A model generated the notes under the pieces. That model worked only from the letters and a program-made list of their open reading frames with translations. It searched no databases and had not been told where the DNA came from. A program made the translations under genes and the position numbers. This document shows positions 9,053 to 19,006 of a stretch of 64,000 bases of DNA, in pieces (the first letter of the stretch is position 1; every line of letters begins with the position of its first letter). Source of the stretch: Candidatus Limnocylindria bacterium (lineage in GTDB: Bacteria; Chloroflexota; Limnocylindria; P2-11E); assembly GCA_036000705.1 (NCBI GenBank), contig DASYUY010000031.1, positions 394 through 64,393 of the forward strand, given 5' to 3'.

Positions 9053-9801
9053 ACCGCCACCGCTTCCAAGGTCAGATCGACCGCCGACCGGACCGGCGCG
9101 TCCGCGGCGATCTCGTCGTCCCGGGCGGGTTCGACGTCGGACCAGGTGAGTAGCCGGCCGAGGCGATCCGCGAGAGCCGCGGCGGCGCGCTCGGCCACAT
9201 CGCGGATCGGAGCGGTCACGCCGAGGCGCTCGAGCGATGCGACCTCGTGCGCGAATCCGCACGGCAGCATCCGTTCGAAGGCGACCAGGTCGGTGCGCAC
9301 GTTCAGCGCGAAGCCGTGTGTCGTCACACCACGCGAGACACGCACACCGATCGCCGCGATCTTCGCGGGGAGGCCGGACTCCGGCAGGTCGACCCATACG
9401 CCGGTCTTGCCGCGCTCGGCCCTCCCGACGACACCGTACGCAGCGAGAGCATCGACGAGCGCGCCCTCGATCGCGCGCACGTATCGCACAAGGTCCGGCG
9501 CGTCACCAAGCCGCACGATCGGGTAGCCAACGAGCTGCCCCGGACCGTGATAGGTGATGTCGCCGCCGCGGTCGACGCGATAGACCGAGGCGCCCACGCG
9601 CCGGAGCTCGCCGGGACCGACCAGCAGATGATCCGTCGTCCCGCGTCGGCCGATCGTGTAGACGGGGTCGTGCTCGAGGAGCAGCAGTCGCTCGTCGTCG
9701 CCCGCGCGCACGCGCATCGCCACCGCCTCCTGCAGCCGCCAGCCGCCGAGATAGTCGACGCGGCCAAGCCAGGTCGCGCGGAGCGGGCTACCTCCGGACA
9801 T
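9049..9801 (-). CDS. lipB: octanoyltransferase
   Basis: '[16 protein letters not shown]', '[17 protein letters not shown]', 'KIAAIGVRV'. Start is taken at ATG 9801; the ORF opens at 9849. Confidence 0.85.
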   Translation of the reverse strand: MSGGSPLRATWLGRVDYLGGWRLQEAVAMRVRAGDDERLLLLEHDPVYTIGRRGTTDHLLVGPGELRRVGASVYRVDRGGDITYHGPGQLVGYPIVRLGDAPDLVRYVRAIEGALVDALAAYGVVGRAERGKTGVWVDLPESGLPAKIAAIGVRVSRGVTTHGFALNVRTDLVAFERMLPCGFAHEVASLERLGVTAPIRDVAERAAAALADRLGRLLTWSDVEPARDDEIAADAPVRSAVDLTLEAVAV

Positions 9802-10732
9802 GACGCTCAGCGTGATAGGAGGAACGCACGAGCGGACCGGCTTCGACATGCCGGAAGCCCATCGTCATGCCGACGTCGCGCAGCTCGTCGAACTCCGAGG
9901 GCGTCCAGTAGCGCTCGATCGGCAGATGCACCGGCGACGGTCGCAGGTACTGCCCGACGGTGAGGATGTCCGTTCCCTGCGCCGCGATGTCGCGCATCGT
10001 TGCGACGACCTCGTCGCGCGTCTCACCGAGGCCGACCATGATCCCGCTCTTGCACACCAGGTCCGGAGCGCGCTCCTTCGTTCGGCGCAGCACCCCCAGC
10101 GATCGCTCGAAGCGGGCCTGCGGGCGGACGCGCGGATACAGACGCGGCACCGTCTCGACGTTGTGATTGAGGATCTCGGGTCGTGCGGCGAGGACCACGT
10201 CGAGCGACTCGGGACGCCCGACGAAGTCGGGGATGAGCACCTCGACGCTGGTGCCCGGTGACTGGCGGCGGATCTCGCGGATCGTCTCGGCGAAGATCTG
10301 GGCGCCACCGTCCGCCAGCTCGTCGCGGTTCACGCTCGTGACGACGGCGTGGCCAAGGGCCATCTGGGCGACGGCCTCACCGACCCGCCGCGGCTCGTCC
10401 GCATCCACGGCGCCGGGCCGCCCGGTCTTCACGGCGCAGAACCCACAGGAGCGCGTGCAGGTGTCCCCAAGGATCATGAAGGTCGCCGTGCCCGCGCCCC
10501 AGCATTCGGCCATGTTGGGACAATGCGCCTCCTCGCAGACCGTGTGGAGCTCCTTGCTGCGCATGAGCCGCCGCAGGTTCTCGTACGTCGGACCCGTCGG
10601 CAGACGCACCTTGAGCCACTCCGGTCGCGCGCGGTCGATGGGCACGACCGTGTTCGAGGCGCCGCGCCCACGAGAGCGCGGCCGCTCGATCTCGCCCGGG
10701 ATCTCAAAGACGATCGGCGCGAGCTCCGCCAC
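9788..10732 (-). CDS. lipA: lipoyl synthase (radical SAM)
   Basis: '[14 protein letters not shown]' and '[10 protein letters not shown]' cluster motifs. Confidence 0.95.
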   Translation of the reverse strand: MAELAPIVFEIPGEIERPRSRGRGASNTVVPIDRARPEWLKVRLPTGPTYENLRRLMRSKELHTVCEEAHCPNMAECWGAGTATFMILGDTCTRSCGFCAVKTGRPGAVDADEPRRVGEAVAQMALGHAVVTSVNRDELADGGAQIFAETIREIRRQSPGTSVEVLIPDFVGRPESLDVVLAARPEILNHNVETVPRLYPRVRPQARFERSLGVLRRTKERAPDLVCKSGIMVGLGETRDEVVATMRDIAAQGTDILTVGQYLRPSPVHLPIERYWTPSEFDELRDVGMTMGFRHVEAGPLVRSSYHAERHVRR

Positions 10733-12147
10733 TAATACACCGGCACGGTCGGCCCGACCGTCTGCAGCCAGTCACGCATCGTCTGCAGGAAGCGCGCGGC
10801 GGTCGCGCCATCGATGACCCGGTGGTCGAAGCCGATGACGAGGTTCATCCGCTGACGGATCGCGATCGCGTCGTCGTCGGTCACGATGAGACGCTTCACG
10901 ATCGTCTCCGACGAGACGATGGCCGCCTGGCCCGGCGGCACGATCGGGCTCGAGATGATCGTGCCGAGCGGACCGGTGTTGTTCACCGTGAACGTCCCGC
11001 CGTAGAAGTCGTCGAAGGTGAGCTTGCGTCCTTTCGCGCGATCCACCACGTCCCGGATCGAGCGCATGAGGCCGGCGAGGCTCTTCCCGTCGGCATCGCG
11101 GATCACGGGGACGACGAGGCCCTCGTCGCCGAGCGCGACCGCGTACCCCAGATTGATCTCCTTGTGGGCGATGACACCTTGATCGGTGAAGCTCGAGTTC
11201 ACGAGCGGCACGGTCCGCAGCGCTTCGACCGCGGCTTTGCAGATGAATGCCGCCGGCGACAGGTCGAACCCCTCACGCGCCTGGAAGTCGCCGCGGACCT
11301 TCTCGCGATACTTCATGAGCGCGGTCATGTCGATCTCCATGACCGCGTGAGCGTGCGGCGCGCTCCAGGCCTGCACCATGTTGTTCGCGATCGCGCGGCG
11401 CATCTGGGAGAGTGGGACGAGCTCGTCGCCCGCGAGCGACGTCGCTGCTGCTGGTCGGGCGGCGATCGTTGTCGGCCCGCCGGAGACGACCTGCGACGCG
11501 GCGGGGGGTCGCGCCGCTTGCGGCTGCGGTGCCGCCGGGGCGGCCTGCGCATTCGCGATGAACGCTTCGATGTCCTGCTTCGAGACGCGACCGCCGAGAC
11601 CCGTCCCTTGGACCTGCGAGAGATCGATGCCGTTCTCCGCCGCGAGCTTCCGCACCGCCGGTGTCGCTCGCACCTCGGAGAGATCGGGGCGCTCAGCCGT
11701 CGAGGTCGCCCTCGACGAGGCGGAGGCTGACGGGGCCGAGGAAGGCGGTCGCGGCTGCGACATCGAGGTCGCCACGGACGGGCGCGCGGGAGCAGCCGCG
11801 TCGTTCGGCTGAGGAGGCGTCGGCTGCGGCCGCGACGGAGCGGGCGAGGGAGGCGCTGCTGATGTCGACGACGATGTCGACGGCGACGCCGCGGCCGCCT
11901 CGCCATCAGCGGTGTCGAACGTCGCGAGGAGCGTCCCGATCGGAACGGTCTGCCCCTCGTCCACCTTGACCTCTTTCAGCGTTCCCGCGACCGGCGACGG
12001 GATCTCGGTGTTGACCTTGTCCGTCTGCACCTCGACGAGCAGGTCGTACTTGTTCACCTTCTCGCCCGGCTGCTTCAGCCACTTGCCGATCGTGCCTTCG
12101 GTGACGGACTCTCCAAGCTTCGGCATCTTCAGCTCAAAGACAGACAA
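10732..12147 (-). CDS. 2-oxoacid dehydrogenase E2 (dihydrolipoamide acyltransferase)
   Basis: Lipoyl domain '[14 protein letters not shown]', Ala/Pro/Ser linker, PSBD '[27 protein letters not shown]', catalytic '[10 protein letters not shown]'. TTG 12147 lies 6 nt after GGAGG; alternative start is ATG 12126. Confidence 0.9.
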   Translation of the reverse strand: MSVFELKMPKLGESVTEGTIGKWLKQPGEKVNKYDLLVEVQTDKVNTEIPSPVAGTLKEVKVDEGQTVPIGTLLATFDTADGEAAAASPSTSSSTSAAPPSPAPSRPQPTPPQPNDAAAPARPSVATSMSQPRPPSSAPSASASSRATSTAERPDLSEVRATPAVRKLAAENGIDLSQVQGTGLGGRVSKQDIEAFIANAQAAPAAPQPQAARPPAASQVVSGGPTTIAARPAAATSLAGDELVPLSQMRRAIANNMVQAWSAPHAHAVMEIDMTALMKYREKVRGDFQAREGFDLSPAAFICKAAVEALRTVPLVNSSFTDQGVIAHKEINLGYAVALGDEGLVVPVIRDADGKSLAGLMRSIRDVVDRAKGRKLTFDDFYGGTFTVNNTGPLGTIISSPIVPPGQAAIVSSETIVKRLIVTDDDAIAIRQRMNLVIGFDHRVIDGATAARFLQTMRDWLQTVGPTVPVY

Positions 12148-12180
12148 GAAGCACCTCCGCGGCACAGCGGGCGGCGACCA

Positions 12181-13167
12181 CTAATACGCCGCCAGCTCAC
12201 GCATCTTCGTCGCGATCTTCTCAGGATCCGGCATGAACCAGTCCTCTTGCGGCTTGTTGTACGGCATCGCCGGGACTTCGGGTCCACCCAGGCGCATCAC
12301 CGGCGCGTCGAGCGCGTCGAAGGCCTCTTCGGCGATGAGCGCGGCGATCTCCGCGCCCGCGCCGAATAGCCGGTTGTCCTCATAGACGATCAAACACTTT
12401 CCGGTCTTCCGGGCTTCCCGCACGATGGTCGCCGCGTCCAGCGGCCGGAGGCTCCGGACGTCGACGACGGCCACCGATACACCCTCGTTCGCCAACGTCT
12501 CGGCCGCCTTCAGGCTGTGATGGAGCATCAGCCCGTACGCGAAGACCGTGATGTCGGTGCCGTCGCGCTTCACGTCGGCAGGTCCCAGCGGGATCGTGAA
12601 GTCCGGGTCGTCCGGCGCGTCGCCGCGGACCGCCCGGTAGGTGGCCTTGTGCTCGAGGAAGATGACCGGGTCCGGATCCCGCAGCGCCGCCCGCAGCATG
12701 CCGGTGATATCCCGGGGGGTGCTCGGCACGACGACCTTCAGCCCTGGAACGTGCGCGTAGAAGGCCTCGACCGACTGCGAGTGATAGAGCGCGCCGTGGA
12801 TGCCGCCGCCCCACGGCATGCGGACCACCATCGGCACGCCATACGCGCCGTTCGACCGATAGCGGATGCGCGCCGCCTCGTCGACGATCTGCTCGAACGC
12901 GGGCGCGCTGAAGTCCGCGAACTGCATCTCCGCCACCGGCAGGAGACCGCCGATGGCGGCGCCGATCGCGATGCCGACGATCGAGGACTCCGCGACCGGT
13001 GTGTCGATGATGCGGTGCTTTCCGAATTCCTCGATGAAGCCGTCGGACACGCGGAACACACCGCCGCGGACTCCGACGTCTTCGCCCATGAGGATGTAGC
13101 GCCCATCGCGCCGGAACTCGGACAGCAGCGTGTCATGGACCGCCTGGACGTTGCTCTTCTCGGTCAA
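12181..13167 (-). CDS. 2-oxoacid dehydrogenase E1 beta subunit (stand-alone)
   Basis: 'ILMGEDVGVRGGVFRVSDGFIEEFGKHRIIDTPVAESSIVG' and 'FADFSAPAFEQIVDEAA'. Confidence 0.9.
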   Translation of the reverse strand: MTEKSNVQAVHDTLLSEFRRDGRYILMGEDVGVRGGVFRVSDGFIEEFGKHRIIDTPVAESSIVGIAIGAAIGGLLPVAEMQFADFSAPAFEQIVDEAARIRYRSNGAYGVPMVVRMPWGGGIHGALYHSQSVEAFYAHVPGLKVVVPSTPRDITGMLRAALRDPDPVIFLEHKATYRAVRGDAPDDPDFTIPLGPADVKRDGTDITVFAYGLMLHHSLKAAETLANEGVSVAVVDVRSLRPLDAATIVREARKTGKCLIVYEDNRLFGAGAEIAALIAEEAFDALDAPVMRLGGPEVPAMPYNKPQEDWFMPDPEKIATKMRELAAY

Positions 13168-15629
13168 TGGTCCAACTCTATGTCCAACGACGGGAAGCGA
13201 TCAGGATGACGCTCGCGCTGGACCCGGTACGCGGCCGCGAAGATGTCCTCGCGGCTCGGCTTGGAGAAGTAGTCGCCGTCAACACCCACCGGAGTGCGGT
13301 TCGCGCGCGCCGTCAGCGTGCGCGGGCCGACGTCGAGGTGGTCGATGCCGCCCTGCGTCTCGATGATCTGCTGGAGGATGTAGGCCGACGCGCCGCCGGG
13401 CAGATCCTCGTCGACGACGAGAAGCGCCCCGGTCCGTTTCACCGACTCGACGATCGTGTGTCGAACGTCGAACGGCAGCAGCGTGCGGACGTCGACGATC
13501 TCGACGTCGATGTCGGCTGCCGCCAGATCCTGCGCCGCCTCGAGCGCGATGCGGCAGAGCGCTCCGTACGTCACGACCGTGATGTCGGCGCCTTCGCGGA
13601 GCAGCTCCGGAACGCCCAGGGGCAGCGTGAATTCGCCCACGTTCGCCGGCGCGCGCTCCTTCAGGCGGTAGCCGGACAGCACCTCGATCACGATCCCGGG
13701 ATCGTCGCCGCGCAGCAGCGTGTTGTAAAAGCCTGCGGCCTGCGTCATGTCACGCGGGACGCACACGTGCACGCCGCGCAGCGTTCCGAGGAGCATCTGC
13801 ATCGGCGAGCCCGTGTGCCAGATCCCCTGCAGCCGGTGGCCCTTCGTCCGGATGATCACCGGCGCCATCTGCCCGCCCGCGGTGCGATGACGCAACGTCG
13901 CGAGATCGTCGGATGCGATCTCGAGCGCGAACAGAAGGTAGTCCACGTACTGGATGTCCACGATCGGTCGCAGCCCGCGCATCGCCGCGCCGATGCCCTG
14001 TCCCAGGATCGTCGCCTCGCGGATGCCCGTGTCGGCGACCCGGAGCGCGCCGTGCTTCTCCTGGAGACCCTCGTACACGAGGTTGACGTCGCCGAGCCGC
14101 CCGACGTCCTCGCCGAGGATCACGATGCGCGCATCGCGCGTGAGGTTGGCGTCGAAGCAGCGGAGCAGCACCAGACGGCCGTCGATGACCTCCGGCTTCG
14201 TCGGATACTCGGGCGCGACCGTCCGCACGCGCAGTGGCGACAAGTCGGATTCGCTGAGGAGGTGCGAGTTGTAGCGCGCCTCGTTCTCCTCGCGGTACGT
14301 CCGAACGAAGCGCGCGAGCTCGCTGCGCGCCGGGCCTTCGCGTCCACGGAGCGCGGTGAGCGCGCGGAACGCCGCGGTGTACACGGCGCGGTGGCTCAGC
14401 GGGTCCCCCGCCTCGCGCAGCTCCGCCATCACCGTTTCGAACGACACGCCGCTCTCGGAGCCGGCGGCACCGATGAGCGTGATCGCCTCGTCCCGTCGGC
14501 GGCGGATCGGCTCCTGGAACGTCTCGTAGGCGCGCTCGCGGATGTGCTCGACCTCGGAGCGGTCGTGCTTCTCGAACTCGTCGAGCGTGGCGGCGTCGGC
14601 GACGTCCTGGCGGATCATCCACTCGCGCATCCTGCGGATCGGATCGGCCTCGACTTCGAAGCTGAGGCGCTCCTTCGGCTTGTAGCGCTCGTGGCTCCCG
14701 CTGGTGGAATGCCCCTGGGGCTGCGTCATCTCGATCACGTGAACGATGGCGGGTGCGTGCTCGCGGCGGACGCGCTCGGTGATGATCGCGTACGTGTCGC
14801 AGAGCGCGACGTAGTCCCAGCCCTTCACGACCTCGATCTCGAATCCCGGGCCACCGTCGCGTCGCATTCCCGCGAGCGCCGCGGATACCGAGCTCTTCGT
14901 CATCTGGAGCGCGTTGGGGACCGAGATGCCGTACGCGTCGTCCCAGACGCTGATCAGGAGTGGCACCTGCAGGACGCCGACGGCGTTGACCGACTCCCAG
15001 AAGAGGCCCTCCGCCGCGGCGGCGTTGCCGATCGTCGTGAAGCAGACCTCGTCGCCGCCATGCGAAAAGCCTTTCGCGGCGTCGCGAAGCCCTGCGGACT
15101 CGCGGTATAGCTTCGACGCCCACGCGAGACCGACCGACCGCGGCATGTGCGCCGCGACCGGCGAGAAGTCGGACGCGACCTGGATCGCGCTCAGGAGGTC
15201 GCGCCAATGCCCGCGCTCGTCGACGATGCGGGTCGCGTAGTGATTCGACATCTGGCGCCCACCGGAGAACGGGTCGTGCGTCACGTCGGCGTCGGCGTAG
15301 AGCTGCGCGAAGTACTGCTCGAGGGTCGTGACGCCGACCGCGAGCATCACCGTCTGATCGCGGTAGTAGCCGCTGCGCCAGTCGCCAGGCCGCATGACGT
15401 GCGCCATCGCGAGCTGGGCGACCTCTTTTCCGTCACCGAAGATGCCGAACGGAGCGCGTCCGGCGAGCACCTCCCGGCGGCCGAGCTCGCTCGCGGCGCG
15501 GCTGCGCACGGCGAGGCGATAGTCGGCGATGATCTGCTCGGCGCTGAGGATGAGCTTGGCGCGCGGCGTCGTGATCGACGGCCGCGAGCGGGTCTTCACG
15601 CCGGTCCCAATGGTGCCAGTTTCCCTCAC
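13164..15629 (-). CDS. fused E1 alpha/beta TPP-dependent dehydrogenase component (821 aa)
   Basis: N-terminal half is E1-alpha-like and contains 'TTIGNAAAAEGLFWESVNAVGVLQVPLLISVWDDAYGISVP'. C-terminal half is transketolase-like Pyr plus C domains: 'RVADTGIREATILGQGIG', 'IRTKGHRLQGIWHTGSPM'. Confidence 0.85.
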   Translation of the reverse strand: MRETGTIGTGVKTRSRPSITTPRAKLILSAEQIIADYRLAVRSRAASELGRREVLAGRAPFGIFGDGKEVAQLAMAHVMRPGDWRSGYYRDQTVMLAVGVTTLEQYFAQLYADADVTHDPFSGGRQMSNHYATRIVDERGHWRDLLSAIQVASDFSPVAAHMPRSVGLAWASKLYRESAGLRDAAKGFSHGGDEVCFTTIGNAAAAEGLFWESVNAVGVLQVPLLISVWDDAYGISVPNALQMTKSSVSAALAGMRRDGGPGFEIEVVKGWDYVALCDTYAIITERVRREHAPAIVHVIEMTQPQGHSTSGSHERYKPKERLSFEVEADPIRRMREWMIRQDVADAATLDEFEKHDRSEVEHIRERAYETFQEPIRRRRDEAITLIGAAGSESGVSFETVMAELREAGDPLSHRAVYTAAFRALTALRGREGPARSELARFVRTYREENEARYNSHLLSESDLSPLRVRTVAPEYPTKPEVIDGRLVLLRCFDANLTRDARIVILGEDVGRLGDVNLVYEGLQEKHGALRVADTGIREATILGQGIGAAMRGLRPIVDIQYVDYLLFALEIASDDLATLRHRTAGGQMAPVIIRTKGHRLQGIWHTGSPMQMLLGTLRGVHVCVPRDMTQAAGFYNTLLRGDDPGIVIEVLSGYRLKERAPANVGEFTLPLGVPELLREGADITVVTYGALCRIALEAAQDLAAADIDVEIVDVRTLLPFDVRHTIVESVKRTGALLVVDEDLPGGASAYILQQIIETQGGIDHLDVGPRTLTARANRTPVGVDGDYFSKPSREDIFAAAYRVQRERHPDRFPSLDIELDH

Positions 15630-16501
15630 GCCGCGGCTGCCGCTTCGGCGCGGTCGAGGAACGGCAGCAGCGCGGCGAGGAACACCTCGGTGCGCTCGAC
15701 CTGCGGAAGGTGGCCGCAGTCGTCGATGAGCTCGACCCGTGCCTGAGGCATCACGTCCTCCGCCTCCGCCGCGTGCGCGACCGGCAGCACCCTGTCCTGA
15801 CGACCCCAGATCACGATGACCGGCCCCGCGAAGCGCGGCGCGAGCGCGACCCAGTGCTCGCGCACCGACTGTCGAACGCCGAAGATCGTGACGCCGGAGC
15901 GAAGCGCGCGAACGAACTCTCCGAAGGAGGCGAAGCCGTAGCGTTCCGCCTCGTCGTACAGGAGCTCCGGGATGCGACGCGAGTCATGAAAGCAGGTTCG
16001 TAGCACGTCCCGTGCTTGCTCCGGCCGGCCGAACACCCGCGACAGCGCAGCAACGCCGGGGAGCGTGCACAGGCGCAGGAAGAGGGCGACCTCCGTGCCG
16101 ACCCCACCGCCCGCGACCAGTGCCAGCGAGCGCGTGCGTTCGGGCTGGCTCACCGCCGCGGTGTACGCGACCGCACCGCCCATCGAATTACCGACGAGAT
16201 GAGCGGAGCGGATGCCGAGCTCGTCCAGCAGCGCACCGATGAACCGCGGATAGAAGGGATCGCGCGGTCCGAAGTGCTCGACGTCCCCCGGTGGATCGCT
16301 CTGGCCGAAACCGGGAAGGTCGAACGCGATCGCGTGCCGACCACTGCGAGCGATCGGTGTCATCACCTCGCGCCAGTTCTCGGCCCAACCGCCGACACCG
16401 TGGATCATCAGCACCGCATCGCCGCGCCCTGCGTCGCCTTCTTCGAGGACGCGCGTGCGCAGACCCATGACGCTCACCGTCTTCGAGCGGATCACGTCCA
16501 T
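15626..16501 (-). CDS. alpha/beta hydrolase
   Basis: C-terminal 291 aa of track ORF 15626..17554, from 'MDVIRSK'. 'MIHGVGGW', 'GNSMGG', 'DDCGHLPQVE'. 4-nt overlap with the fused E1 gene. Confidence 0.8.
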   Translation of the reverse strand: MDVIRSKTVSVMGLRTRVLEEGDAGRGDAVLMIHGVGGWAENWREVMTPIARSGRHAIAFDLPGFGQSDPPGDVEHFGPRDPFYPRFIGALLDELGIRSAHLVGNSMGGAVAYTAAVSQPERTRSLALVAGGGVGTEVALFLRLCTLPGVAALSRVFGRPEQARDVLRTCFHDSRRIPELLYDEAERYGFASFGEFVRALRSGVTIFGVRQSVREHWVALAPRFAGPVIVIWGRQDRVLPVAHAAEAEDVMPQARVELIDDCGHLPQVERTEVFLAALLPFLDRAEAAAAA

Positions 16502-16506
16502 ATACT
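16501..16506 (+). promoter_or_regulatory. -10-like TATACT, 7 nt upstream of ATG 16514 (leaderless candidate)
   Basis: TANNNT hexamer at leaderless spacing. Confidence 0.3.
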
Positions 16507-16513
16507 GCGCTCG

Positions 16514-16948
16514 ATGCTCTTCTACTACCTCTGCACGCTCGGAGAGGAGCGGCATCGCGCGGCGTATCCGCTCGGCGCGCAGAGCAAGGATGCGGATGTC
16601 TACAAGTGGGTCACGATGCATTCCGGCTCGCCCGCGGTCTGCCAGCGCGAGCATCCCGACGCGCACCGCTGGCGTCCCGATGAGGGAGGCGACGAGGAGC
16701 GCGTCGTGCGCGGCTACTCGGTGCTGCAGTGGGACAAGCACGGCTTCGACCTCGCGAAGCGCAAGCCGGACATCGGCGAGCGATTCGATTCGCCCTGGGG
16801 ACCGTCGCTCGTGATCGAGCGCGCCGACGACCCCGTCACCGGGACGTATCTGCTGCTGCGCATCTACCCGCACGGCTACAAGGGCAAGGCCGGCGAGACC
16901 GGCACCGAGCGCAAGGACGTGCCGAAGGAGTTCGCGGGCAAGGTCTAG
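16514..16948 (+). CDS. hypothetical protein
   Basis: GC3-biased 144-aa coding from 'MLFYYLCTLGEERH'. Family not recognised. Confidence 0.45.
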   Translation: MLFYYLCTLGEERHRAAYPLGAQSKDADVYKWVTMHSGSPAVCQREHPDAHRWRPDEGGDEERVVRGYSVLQWDKHGFDLAKRKPDIGERFDSPWGPSLVIERADDPVTGTYLLLRIYPHGYKGKAGETGTERKDVPKEFAGKV

Positions 16949-17691
16949 CCGCCGGGGCTGGTCTCCGCCTTGACGTGCTCGCGGTGCTCCCGGTGATGAA
17001 GGTGCGCGTGCTCGTCCTCCTTCTCCTTCGGCGGATAGAAGAGGCCCGCGACATAGAAGCGCGACGGGGCCTGCGCGTACGACGAGAGCAGGAGATGCAC
17101 GTCGTACTTGGCGAACAGCGCGGCGCCCCAGGTCTCGCGGAAGCGCGTCGCCCACTGCGGTCCGTAGCGCTCGCGGCTGAGCCGCGTCATCTCGTGGAGC
17201 TCCCAGTCCAGTACCGGTAGCTCGTGCGTCTCGCGGCAGTCCTCGCTCGCACAACGGAAGCGCAGCCGCAGCGGCAGGTGAAGGACATCGCCGTCGGGTT
17301 CGGGGCGGATGAATCCGGCCGTGGCCGCGCGATCGCGTGCGAGCGCCTGCAGCGATTCGAGCGACGCATGCAGATGCGGCCGCACGAATGGCCACCGCAG
17401 ACGCCAGGCATCCTTCGCGTCGACGTACGCCGTCGCCGTCACGTCGCCCTCGACGCTCACGGTCTCGGGGCGCACGTCGCGTGCGTCCTTCACCGTACGC
17501 GCGTGGATCCACGACCAGCGCAGGAGCGGTGGATCGGTGTCGTTGCCCTTCCACGGAAAGGGCGAGAGGCGGAGCAGACGACCGCTCTCTCGATCGACGC
17601 CGATCACCGACGCGCGCTCGACCGGGAACTCGTTGGCCGCGATCGTCTTGGCGATGGCGAGCACGTCGTGCTCGGCCGTCGCATCCTCCAT
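16945..17691 (-). CDS. hypothetical protein with His-rich C-terminal tail
   Basis: From 'MEDATAEHDVLAIAK'. Contains 'RFRCASEDCRETHELPVLDWELHE' and the tail 'EDEHAHLHHREHREH'. Family not recognised. Confidence 0.5.
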   Translation of the reverse strand: MEDATAEHDVLAIAKTIAANEFPVERASVIGVDRESGRLLRLSPFPWKGNDTDPPLLRWSWIHARTVKDARDVRPETVSVEGDVTATAYVDAKDAWRLRWPFVRPHLHASLESLQALARDRAATAGFIRPEPDGDVLHLPLRLRFRCASEDCRETHELPVLDWELHEMTRLSRERYGPQWATRFRETWGAALFAKYDVHLLLSSYAQAPSRFYVAGLFYPPKEKEDEHAHLHHREHREHVKAETSPGG

Positions 17692-17842
17692 GTGCGCCTC
17701 GCTCACATCGTCACAATACGTGCGAATGCGCGAGGGCCTTGCACGTGAGTTCCCGGAGGCAGTCCGCGGCGCGGAGTGGGTCCGCACGCGTATCCGAGGT
17801 CGACACGTTGCGATCTGGAGTGAGTCCGTTCCATGGGCGACG

Positions 17843-18649
17843 GTGTCGGGCATCGGCGCCGGTTTCCTCGTCGCTTCCGTGGTTCAAGCGATGGTCGGAC
17901 TCGCGAGTGAGGCGATGGGGGCCCTCAGGGCGCCGGTGCCCTTCCCGCTCTTTCCCGCGGTCACGATCGCCGGCAGCGCTGCGGCGGCCGCCGTTGCCCT
18001 CGGGGCCGGCGGAGTCGTGGCGCTCGTGCTCGATCTTGTCTACGTCGCGGTCGGGATCGCTCTCCACGTTCCCGGCGTGATCACGTTCTGTGAGCGGTCC
18101 GGCGGAGCGAACCCCTTCCCGGGTCCGGATCAATGCACCGCTGTCGGCTTCCTCGCCTCGCTCTGGCCACAGTTCGTTGGGATCGGCCTCGGCATCATGC
18201 TCGCGCGCACCAGCCTCACCACGCGTGGCGAGGGGACCAATGGATTCCTGCGAGTCGCTGGCGGGTTGGCGATGGCGCTATTCCTCGTGAGCGCCGCCTG
18301 GGGCATCGCCGTCGCACAGGCCGGTTACGCCGCGCAGATGGCCGGCGCGCTGACGAGCACGCTCACGCTCGCAGCCGGTTTCGTCGCCGCTGCGGTCGCG
18401 GCCGGTGTGCTGGCCGCGCAGTTGCCACGCGGTGTCCGGAACGCCGCCATCGTCGCCGCGATCTGGCTGGTGCCGTGGGTCTCGCTGCAGCTGCCGTTCG
18501 CATCGCGGAGCCTCGCGGGTCCCATCGCGGCGGAGAACGTCGTTCCGATCGTCACGGGCATCGTGATCGCGCCGATCGCCGCCGCATTCCTCGTCCTGAC
18601 CGCCGCCGTCGCCGCGCGCAGCCGCTTCGTCCCACGCGAGCCTGCGTAG
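17843..18649 (+). CDS. polytopic membrane protein (hypothetical)
   Basis: Ala/Gly/Val-rich hydrophobic ORF. First in-frame start after the divergent region is GTG 17843. Confidence 0.5.
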   Translation: MSGIGAGFLVASVVQAMVGLASEAMGALRAPVPFPLFPAVTIAGSAAAAAVALGAGGVVALVLDLVYVAVGIALHVPGVITFCERSGGANPFPGPDQCTAVGFLASLWPQFVGIGLGIMLARTSLTTRGEGTNGFLRVAGGLAMALFLVSAAWGIAVAQAGYAAQMAGALTSTLTLAAGFVAAAVAAGVLAAQLPRGVRNAAIVAAIWLVPWVSLQLPFASRSLAGPIAAENVVPIVTGIVIAPIAAAFLVLTAAVAARSRFVPREPA

Positions 18650-18658
18650 CATCGACAG

Positions 18659-19006
18659 GTGACCATCGACGGGAAGGAGCTCGCGCTCGCGGCGGAGCAT
18701 CCGCGGGGCACCGAACGGCGCCGGCTCCTGCCCTACCGCGCGGCGCTCAACGACGCCGCGGTGTATGCGGCACTGCCGGAAGCCGATCGTGACGCGATCG
18801 TCCGCTGGACCGAGGTCCGGCGCCGCATCCGCGAGTCGATCGGCCTCGACCACGACGCGGCGAACCTCGCCGACCCACTGCTCCCGTACGAGCGCCTGCG
18901 CGCGCACGTCATCGCGGGCGAGCGCATCGCCGCCAAGCGCGACGCGTTCGACGATCCGGGCGGCGACCTCGTCCAGGTCGTCGCCGCGCTGCGCGCGGGA
19001 GGCTAA
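18659..19006 (+). CDS. hypothetical protein
   Basis: 115-aa ORF starting at GTG, 9 nt after the preceding membrane gene. Confidence 0.4.
   Translation: MTIDGKELALAAEHPRGTERRRLLPYRAALNDAAVYAALPEADRDAIVRWTEVRRRIRESIGLDHDAANLADPLLPYERLRAHVIAGERIAAKRDAFDDPGGDLVQVVAALRAGG

Noticed and set aside
11380-11900. Apparent repetitive, low-complexity DNA inside the E2 gene.
   Set aside because: It encodes the Ala/Pro/Ser-rich inter-domain linker typical of E2 proteins. It is not a CRISPR array, tandem-repeat element or mobile element.
15626-17554. Several very long track ORFs taken at face value: 15626..17554 (642 aa), 6256..7065, 26320..28044, 43146..44918, 51191..52882, 54208..55359, 31833..33674.
   Set aside because: Only the C-terminal portions carry recognisable domains and a sensible internal start. 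The upstream parts overlap neighbouring genes and look non-coding, so I trimmed them to internal starts.
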